Made by a program: the position numbers and the translations under genes. From Octopus vulgaris (lineage: Eukaryota), in the NCBI GenBank assembly GCA_951406725.2, contig OX597838.1, positions 25,606,001 to 25,670,000 of the forward strand: a stretch of DNA of 64,000 nucleotides, given 5' to 3'. The notes under the pieces were generated by a model that did not search any database, was not told the DNA's origin, and saw only the letters and a program-made list of their open reading frames with translations. Shown piece after piece: positions 54,289 to 64,000 of the stretch. Positions within the stretch are counted from its first letter, which is position 1. Each line of letters opens with the position of its first letter.

Positions 54289-55119
54289 CACATACACACA
54301 CACACATACATACATACAGAAAGAGACAAATGATAGTAAATGGAATAACATTATTGAAAATCACTACAATTGTTTCAGCACCTTCTTACACCTTTAGTAC
54401 ATAAGTAAGCTATTGTGCAATCACTATCTTACATCCTAGGTGTAAAATGCACCGCCTCAGGTGATTGTTTAAATAAGTTCTTTGTTAGATCCTCTTGCCA
54501 CTTCACTCAGCGTGATAATGTATACCCAGAATGATGTAGACAAGGTTTGCATATCATTCTACAAGGTTTTAACCCAAATCTTACTTAACCATATATATAT
54601 ATATTTACATCATGTTGAACTGTTAACACCCTACATGTTTTTTCTTTCTCTCTCCATTTTTCCCCTCCCAATCTTTTGTCAAAAAGTGTAGGCTCAAAAT
54701 GTCAAAGATTTTTCCATTTTTCCCAAGTATCAAACTAATACACCTGCTTTGTTTTTTGTAAATTTGAACTATATATATATATATATATACATATATAAAT
54801 ATATATAATTCAAAGAGAGTTAGAGGTTGTGAATCCAACCAACTAAGGGATAGTATCTATCCAATATACTGTTGGTAGAATACCTAATTAATATACGTGT
54901 TGGTTATTGTGCGCCAATTACCCTACTGATTATAATAATTAGACGAGGGTAATAAGTGGTTTTACCCTTAATTTATATGGCAAGTATTCATCAGTTGTTA
55001 GACATTATGTCTATTTATTTATTTATTTATTTTAAATAGCTCAGATAATATATGAATACATGTGTAAAGTATTAGTAATTTCTAGAATGAGAAAGAAGAT
55101 TCGAGGATTTGGTTCAACA

Positions 55120-58055
55120 ATTGGGTAAATGCATCGCTTGAGATGGCAATTATGTCGTATAGAAGAGGAGTTTCGGAAAATTCATACAAGTCGAGTTTTT
55201 CATAACTTTCAGAAAAAATTAGCATTTTTTAATAAAATTTTTCTGCCAAAACCTTTCATATGATAATCTTGAAATTTAATGTGAAAAAAAAACAAAACAT
55301 TTTTAAGCGTGGTGGGTATGCACGCATAAATACATACACATCACATTTTTTTCCTCCCCAAATCCCAATTTTTATTTTGTATGTGATGTGTATCAGTATT
55401 TACGTGTGCAAGCCCAATTTCTTTTTTCCATATTAAATTCCGATATAATCGTAGTCTGCCTATTGTGAAAGGTATTTGGAAAATTTCATTAAAAATAACT
55501 AATTTTCCTGAAAGAAATGAAGACACGAAGCCGACTCGAGTGAATTTTCCGACATTCCTCTTTTCACGCCCCAGAAAAATGTTTTCATAATTAATTCCAA
55601 TATAATCGGAATTCTACATCGTTTGAAGCATATTTATATTAAAAAAAATTCATTAAACAACATTCATTTTTCTGAAAGTTATGAGAAAACAAAGTCTGCT
55701 GATGGTTAGCATACCTGTGTAAGGCATGCTATAAAAATAAATTATGCTCACTTCTGCATTACTTTCGTGGGTGACCAATAATAAAGTCACAATTAATTTA
55801 TGGGATCTGGGCAAAACCCCGCTAAGACAAAACCCATCAAGACTTCCTTTTGTACCCCGCCAAAAAACCCGACGGGCGGAAGTCTTTCCCCAAACCGCCT
55901 CGGACAAAACCCCTCCAGTCAAAACTCCCGTGACTTTATTACCGTGACTCTTTTTTTACCTGGATTCCTTTCGGGGCAACCTTCCTACATACATATCCGC
56001 CATGTAAGCATTCCCCTACTTGGATGTAACTCAAGGAATTACTAGAATCTATTCGAATGTAAGACTGAATGTTATAAAGAGTCCGCTACAAATTATATTA
56101 CGACAATGGAGCCATGAATTTACAAGAATGGGTGATAGATAAAAGAACAAATACTATATTTGAAGGTATATAAGGCGCATTTTCGGCGGAGTTTTTCATG
56201 TGTATCAGTATGTATGTGTGCAAGCCCGATTTTCTTTTTCATATAAAATTCCCCTATAATCGTAATAAAGGCGGAGGTCGAGTGTAAATGTACACCATCT
56301 AAAAAGTATTTGTAGAAAATTTCACAGAAAAAAACCCCAAAATTGCCCATTTTTCTGAAAGTTAGAGGATACAAAACCGACTCGTGTGAATTTTCCGACA
56401 TTCCTCTCTGCACGCCCCAGAAAATTTTTTCATAAGAAATTCCTATATAATCGGAATCTGCACCGTCTGAAGCTTGTTCGTAAAAAAAAAAATATTTATT
56501 ATATAACATCGATTTTTCTGAAAGTTATGAGAAAACAAAGTCTATTGATGGTGTAGGTATGCCATAAAAATTATGCTCGCTTTTGTAATACTTTTGGGAC
56601 ATCCATCATCCATTGACACCCACCACGTTTGCCTTCCCGTACTTGGCCGTAACTCAAAGAATAACTAAAATCCATTCGAATGTAAGATTGAATGACGTAA
56701 ATTATCTTACGACAATAGAGCCATGAATTTAGGTGAATAGGTGATTGATAAAAAAAAAGAAAAGAAAAATACTGGAGTTGATGGAATATAAGGAGCACTT
56801 TCTTAACAAAATGTCTCCAAAAAAAATCACCCCGACTCCTGTTTGCGAAGTTGAGCCCCTCATAAACTTTGATCTACCAAAATATTGTCCCTTGAATACT
56901 TGCTATTGAAATTGGGGTTCGTCTGATATGACCGTACACCTTCAGTTTGATCCACCTTTCATGCTTCAAATGCAGTATTTGATAATTGCTGATGGCTTAA
57001 AAGGAAATTTTGATGAAAACAAAGGTATTTTTCTTTTACCTTATGGAAAAAACACATGAAATAGAAAATACGTGATAAAAAAATTATAAATTTATTATAA
57101 TAGAATAAAAATAAGCTGGAAAAAGAAATGGGTGAAGGTATAATACGAAAAATGGACTTACCAATGAATTAAAACAGACGTGATGGGAATGGATAAGGAA
57201 TTGATACTGCGATTCTAACAATGCGAAGAAAAATATGGAGGTGTGTCTCTTGGACGTCGGAATGTTGGGAAACGCCGAACTTTTCGGGAAAGTTTACGAA
57301 AGTTAACGAAGATGGCTGTAATGCTTCGAAGTAATTTTTCTTCAACCAAATTGCTAAAACCGATATTATTGAATTTGGGTAGTTTATGGAGGTTAAAAAC
57401 TTAATTGGGTGCATGTATGCAAGAATTTAATAGCTCTTGTGTGAGTTTTAAACTGTTGGAATTTTATTGTAAGATTTGGATTTTCTCCATTAGACATAAC
57501 AGACAAAATGGAGCCGAGACACGAAGCTTTGGAGGGAACTGAGTAATTCTTAACATGGGGTCGGTTGTTTTCATCAATTCAGCCAAATACATTCCGATAA
57601 AGCAGTCGTGTAGCACTTTTGAGTATTAACGAAGTAATTTCCATGATAGTATATCCATAATTCAAAGCTGTTTCTTGGTGGATCTGATGTAGGACTTTGG
57701 TGAAGAAGGATCATTTAAGTGAACCTAAACACATAAACCATAAATTTCTCAAAGTGGCCATCAAGCGGATATTTACCAAAGTTAACAGAGGTAAGTGCAG
57801 TATTTAAATTTCGGTTGTTATTACGAGCAATCTTTTAGTGTTGTGACTTGTAATAGAAGCTGCAAAGTTCTTCCAATCTACGTAGCTCACCGTAACAAGG
57901 TTCTTTTAAACGAGTTTATGATATCTGTGGTGGTGGAAAAGCTTCCAGTACTTCATAGCAATGCTGGTCTTTACAGTTTGGTTAGCGCATAAAGCGCGAC
58001 GGGCCACGACCGTGGTCGTCCGGCACAGGTCGACAGGCCACGATCGTGGCCTAGA
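55120..58055. mobile_element. CpG-rich composite DNA-transposon-like region with internal direct and inverted repeats
   Basis: There is an abrupt gain of CpG and near-absence of microsatellites. 55385-55750 is repeated at 56198-56580, 56018-56155 at 56640-56775, and an inverted copy lies at 55160-55220. GC-rich palindromes mark the right end. Confidence 0.55.
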
Positions 58056-58081
58056 TAGATACATTTAATTTATGGACATTT

Positions 58082-58324
58082 CGTTTTTGGATTTGGTTTG
58101 CAAGATTCTTTATATGAGTTCGTGTGTTGAAGCATATTCTGTTGTCTCTGGGGAGAGTCATTCTCTTTTAGTGCCTTATTATTTAACACACTCACCGGTA
58201 AAATTTCCACTTATTTCTTATTTTTTATTTTCTAAAAATTTTAGGAAACAAGTGGAAATTTTACCGGTGAGTGTGTTAAATAATAAGGCACTAAAAGAGA
58301 ACGACTCTCCTCAGACACAACAGA
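58082..58324. mobile_element. Short foldback insertion with 12-bp TSD
   Basis: ttatggacattt occurs at 58070-58081 and 58325-58336. ~83-bp inverted arms span 58138-58220 and 58242-58324. Confidence 0.88.
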
Positions 58325-58859
58325 TTATGGACATTTGTTGGGGGCTAATGTCACTCAAACGTTCCGGTACCCCCGCCAGAATGCAAGAGAACTAATAATT
58401 TAACTAATGATTTTTCAGATGATGTAATACTTACCACCATTATATACTAAGAAGATATTTTAACTTTTTTGTTTTGTTTTTTTATGTGTGCTTGGTAGTC
58501 TTATTTTCATAAAATGTGATCAGCTATCCATGCTATGTGAGTGCAAATCCCAGTGCTTTATGGGTTAAAGACAGTATTATACATAAAATTCTTCGATTTC
58601 TACTCTTATGCCTCGAATTATTGGTATTGGGCATGTATTTTATCTCTTCAGCATCGCAAGAACCATTAGACCACCTGGGGGTGGAGGGCAAACGCAAACA
58701 GAAAGAACACCTGGTTTCTAGGTGTTTTCCTGTCGTTGGTATTGCACACCTGCCTGCTTACATGAGGAAGAGGAAAGATGCAGTTTAGGAAAGGAGATGT
58801 AGTTTGGTTTGTTGGGGTAGGGTGTGTGAAAATTTTATTGTCATGTGTAGGTAGGGCAT

Positions 58860-60510
58860 AATGCTTCTAGCACTCAGTTTCACTGACATAGGTGGTTCCT
58901 CTCTAGAACTTCATATTGCCAGGCATCTTAGATCATTGTCATTTCCTCCGTGAGCCCTAACCTCCTGAGATTGGTCCTCACCACTTCATCCCATATCTTC
59001 CTGGGTCTCCCTCTTCCATAGGTACCATCTACTTTCACTGACTGGCACTTCTTTATACAGCTGTTATCATTCATATGCATCACGTATCCAAACCAACGTA
59101 ATCTCCTCTCTTGCATGTTGCGTTTAATTCCTCTTATGTCCAACTTTTCTCTCAATACTGTTGCACTTTGTCATTCATGTACATTGATGTTGCACATCCA
59201 GCAGAGTATACTACCTTCATTCCTCTCTTATCTACTCGTGTCCTTTGCATTCAGAGCCCATGTCATACTACCATGGAGTATAGATGTTCATACACAAGCA
59301 TCACTCTGAGAGAGAGAGAGAGTACTTTTGCTGTCAACAGAGGTAGTAGTTCTCTGAACTTCCTCCATCCTATTCTTATTCTAGAAGCAATGCTTTCAGA
59401 GCATCCACCACCATTAATAATTTGGTCACCTAAGTAGTAGAAACTATCTACTACCTCAAGAGAGCCTTCTGGACATTTGAGAAAGTCTAAGTTCCACATG
59501 ATCTTAGTGCTTATTGTTCCTGCACATCTGCCACACATGAAGGTGACCTTATCTGTTAATATACCCGTGACTCCACGTGTCCATAATTACTTCTCTTTCC
59601 TTTCCTACATATTGAGCAGGGCAGTTTACCTGATGGAAAGATAGTTTTATCTGCTTTCTTGCTTACAACTTTAATCTTTGCTAGGTTAACTTTAAGAAAG
59701 GCGGCGACCTGGCAGAATTGTTAGCACTCCGGGCAAAATGCTTAGCAGTATTTCGTCTGCCACTACGTTCTGAGTTCAAATTCCACTGAGGTCAACTTTG
59801 CCTTTCATCCTTTTGGGGTCGATTAAATAAGTACCAGTTATGCACTGGGGTCGATATAATCGACTTAATGCATTTGTCTGTCCTTGTTTGTCTTCTCTGT
59901 GTTTAGCCCCTTGTGGGTAGTAAAGAAATAGGTTAACTTTAAGACCCTTTGAGTCCAGGTTTTGCTTCCATACATGGAACTTCTCCAATTCTGCTTCAGA
60001 TTTTGCAATACGAGCAAGGTTGTCAGCATATAGCAGTTCCTATGGGCATCCAGTTTTGAATTCTGAATTCTTCTGTTATAGCCTGGAGGATTATAATGAA
60101 TAAGAGTAGACTAAGAACTGAGCCATGGTGAACTCCTACTTGTACACTAAATTCATCACTATTCATGGCTGACTCCCACCATACTGACAGCACCACTGTA
60201 GATGGCTTGTACAGCTCTAACAAGCCACTCCTCTACTCCTAGCTTCCTTAGAGACCACCAGATAACAGAGCGGGAAACTCGGTCAAAAGCTTTCTCCAGA
60301 TTGACGAAAGCTAAGTACAATGGTTTACTTTTGGCCAAATACTTTTCTTACAACTGTCTCACTAAGAAGGTGGCATCTGTGGTGCTTCTCCCAGGAACAA
60401 AAGCAAACTGCATCTCACCTACTAATTTAATTCTATTCCTAATCAATTGAGCTATAACTCCCTCTGTAACTTTCATGACCTGGTCTGGCAGTTTGATACC
60501 TTTGTAGTTG
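58860..60510 (-). mobile_element. 5'-truncated RTE-clade LINE (RT and C-terminus), decayed
   Basis: Minus-strand motifs in order: NYKGIKL, FVNLEKAFDRV, GVHHGSVLSLLLF, ELLYADNL, GLKVNL, VVDSFYYLG, RIRIGWRKFRELLPLL, RRLRWFGYV, GRGRPRKIW. Confidence 0.93.
59700..59928 (+). mobile_element. Dominant-head SINE with alternative 3' tail, inserted in the RTE with perfect 16-bp TSD
   Basis: taggttaactttaaga occurs at 59682-59697 and 59929-59944. Removing the insert restores GLKVNLAKIKV in the LINE. Confidence 0.95.
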
Positions 60511-61114
60511 TTTTATAATTCTTTAATTTCTAAATGAATTTTACATTTCTATTTATGGTGATCCCTTACATTTCAAGGTCCTGTTCTTTTCAGCCGTGGG
60601 GATATTTTGTGATATTGGCCTGTTGAATATCGTTTCAAAATATTCCTCCCATCTATTCGTTTTCGATAGTCAGCACTTTTCCATGTTTGGAAGTATTTTA
60701 TTTCTCATAGTCTTACCAAAATTACTTTAAATAAATTCTCTAATTTCATTAATTAATATATAAAAAAATACAAACAACATATAAAATAAAAATGAAAAAA
60801 AAAATGAAAATAAGCCAAACAAAAACAAACACTTAGATATTTTAAAGAGAATTTATTGAAAATATATTTGAATTTTGGATTTATACAATTATTTATTATA
60901 CACTATGTTTATATGGGTATGAGTATAAAAAAATGTATTTACACACTCACACATAGACACAAGTAAACATAACCTATACATTTATTATTCACCTCTCTAC
61001 TGGTTTCATTTACTCATGTGTGACCATACTGGAGCACCACCTTTATAGTCATTCCTTTCATTTCCATACTTCTGTTAAAACTTCCTTTGTCTCAATTAAA
61101 TATGAGAATAATGA

Positions 61115-61343
61115 TTGCAGCGTGGAAGGTGTTTATAAGCCATTTAAGAAACACACAAAATCCGTTAGATTCACTTCAACATTTAAATTTAATTTGTCAA
61201 AATATTTTCGTCACTTTGAGACTGCGACCTGTTCACTGTGCGTTTCTTAAACGGCTTATAAACACTTTCCACGCTGCAATTATTTTCGTTCCAGCACATG
61301 ATCTCAGATCAGGTCACTTGCTATGCAAGTACATCTCCGTAAA
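61115..61343. mobile_element. Short foldback insertion with ~13-bp TSD inside a piggyBac-type MITE (~61050-61510)
   Basis: atgagaataatga (61102-61114) vs atgaaaataatga (61344-61356). Inverted arms span ~61113-61157 and 61237-61284. Confidence 0.8.
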
Positions 61344-61740
61344 ATGAAAATAATGAATTTAGCAAAATACCCTTGTCATTATTAATCCAGTGGTTGGAAC
61401 ACAAATTAACATGAAATTTTGATGGGAGGTTTTATATAGATCACTTTAAAATAGGAGGCTTCTGTGATAGATTCAGGGGCAGTCTCAAGTGGGTTGGTAT
61501 CAATGAGTTTCACCTGAGCACTTACTTCAATCTGTTACATATTTTACTGAATCACAGTCTTAGCCAGGTGCAGGTATGGGGATGTTGTTGTTAAGTTCAT
61601 TGCTTGACCTCATGGTTTTGTATTCAGTCATGGTGTATGATACTCAGAACAAGTAAGTGCTTTCTACTATAGCTCCAAGTTGGCCAAAGAAGGACTTGTG
61701 AGTCAATTTAGTACACAGAAAAATGAAAGGTCATTGCCTC

Positions 61741-61772
<32 letters not shown>

Positions 61773-62589
61773 ATATGCACCATACACACACACACATATA
61801 TATACATTATATACACATATTTAAATGTATATCATCATCATCCTTTAACATCCGTTATACATGTGTATATTGTATATGTGTGTGTGTGTGTGTGTATGCA
61901 TATATATATATATATATGCACATACACATAAGTACACACACATATAGATGTATATATGTATATGTATGTGTGTATGTGTGAATGCTTACTATCTGTGGAG
62001 AACCATGCTATGGATGGTGGCATCACCATTTGTGGATGGGCTGCAACTGTTAACATTTGCTTACATTTCCTGTCAATGTATCATCTGCTATCTCTGTGCT
62101 TTTGAATTCCTCTGGAGTCAAAATTCTCTTACTTGGTCCCCCCCCAAAAAAGGGGGGGGGTAAGGGTTGGCAACAGGAAGAGCATCCTGCTGCAAAAATC
62201 CTGCCTCAAATAGATCCCTGTCTAACCCTTGCTAGCATGGAACATCACATGTCTAATGAATGAAGGAACAAAAGGAATTATGAGATATAAAGGAGTCACA
62301 GTAAAAACACCATCACCAAGATTAAAACTGGAATAATTGTAAACACGAATAAACATATACCTGCATACATGTGCACATGTGTGTGTGTATGTTACAGGCT
62401 TCTGCACAGTTTTCATCTACCAAATTCCACTCACGAAATATTAGTTACCTAAACACATTTGTTGATATATACATTATAAACACACACGCATGTTGAAGTA
62501 TGTGTGTGTGTGTATATTACATGTAAATGTGTGTATGTGTGTGTGTGCGTGTGTGTGTATATATATATATATACATACTAGAAAATGTT

Positions 62590-63045
62590 TAGGAACAAGT
62601 TAAAGAAATTGATAGCTGCATAACCACATACATAGGAATAACCCTAGTTCAGTGTATTCCAAGTATGTTAAATCTTTTTCAGAAAACTAAAAAAAAAATT
62701 TTCATCTGAAAATTACTGTGGTATGATACTCAAATTACGAAAAGAAAAGTTATATCGGGATGTATGAGGGCAGCTTCAAGAGTTGGTATTTAAACCTTTA
62801 GACGTGCAGATAAAAGAAACATATGGCATATGCAGGATCACAGCATTAACATTTTAATATCATTTGGTCTATACTGAACTTCAGCAACAAGTATAATATC
62901 CACTCAGATTTTTCTGGTTGTTGTGATGACAAATACTTCATTCTTACAAAAGCAACAGACATTTTAAACACAAGATAAGAACTAATTTCTAAATGCCACC
63001 ATGAAAATAAGTTCATTTTGTCAAATCTCAACAGAAATATCAAGA
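62590..63045 (+). mobile_element. Decayed Penelope-like GIY-YIG endonuclease fragment
   Basis: SYIGMYEGSFKSWY at ~62748, then NIIWSILN...CCDDKYFILT...ILNTR*ELISKCHHENKFILSN, matching the PLE C-terminus (LNkRsElisKCrH.nKf.L.n). Confidence 0.8.
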
Positions 63046-64000
63046 CAAACTAAACCAAGTATAAACATCTGAATAAACAGAAGTCCATAGATCACCATCT
63101 TGCATGAAAGACTAACTGGTGTGAATGTGTCAGTTTTACAGGTATGTGTATCTGTATACATGTATATACACTTATTGGCACATGTATATGTATTTGCCTG
63201 CCTCTGTGCTTACTTGTGCACCTGCATATCTGTATGATGATATATGCAAATGTACTGCATTAGGAATGTATGTTTGCATATGCATACAACATAGTGATAC
63301 ATATATATGTATAGATATAATATGCAGTATGTATATGTGTGTGTATATATGTATATTCTTTTATATGTTTCAACCCTCAGGATGTGGCCATGCTGGGGCA
63401 TATATATAGCATATATGAATTGTTATATATTTTATATACAGTTGTATATGTAACTTTCATATATGTAGTGTCATGGATCACACTCACAATATATATATAT
63501 ATATATATACACATACTTGATATGTAAGGATGTCTATAAAAGAATGTATACATTCATTGAATCATTTCCATTAGGTTGCTTTATTTTATGTATTGTTCTA
63601 CAAATAGTACAAACCAGAACTAAACAAAACAAACCCAAAGATTGAATTTTACAACGAAGAACTGTTCCATCAGCCAGACCAATCTGAGGAATGTCTAAAG
63701 GCCTTAAATCTTTTGAGTAACAGAATTCTGTAAGCTGGAATGTTAACATCACATAATTATTTACTCCCCTTAATTGTGAGCTCTTTCTCTTTCTTGTTCA
63801 TATTATCACCATATATCTAAACTAATGTACATTTTGATCCTTTTGTTTCTCTGCTTATATTGAATTAACTGCAGTTTGGTAAACCTTAACAGATACTAGT
63901 AAATATTTGGTTAGCTGTTTTCTATCAAGGAACAGAAGTTTCTGTTTAGCTCCAGACAACCAAAGTCTACCACCGAAGGGGCGAAATTACATTGAAACAC

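Overview
AT-rich (visually about 30% GC), microsatellite-saturated eukaryotic DNA. The repeat families and the one recognisable exon point to a coleoid cephalopod, probably Octopus (inference). The only credible host coding sequence is the 81-nt last exon of a syntaxin-1-like gene (1611-1691, +), which encodes the C-terminal transmembrane anchor. Almost all listed ORFs are artefacts of (AT)n/(CA)n/(ATT)n repeats. The rest is a layered mobile-element landscape. It holds about 40 copies of one tRNA-derived SINE, mostly in head-to-tail arrays joined by (ATT)n, plus other SINEs, three R4/Dong-like fragments in (TAA)n tracts, and RTE LINE remnants, one amplified into a five-unit tandem array. There are also Penelope-like (GIY-YIG) remnants with decayed hammerhead motifs, piggyBac- and mariner-type MITEs, two small foldback insertions with target-site duplications (TSDs), a CpG-rich composite element at 55-58 kb and a tRNA-Phe pseudogene. 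The most striking pattern is that SINE and Dong orientation follows the local polarity of the ATT/AAT microsatellite. No novel protein-coding system is supported. Coordinates of decayed repeats are approximate, and all counts and alignments were made by eye.
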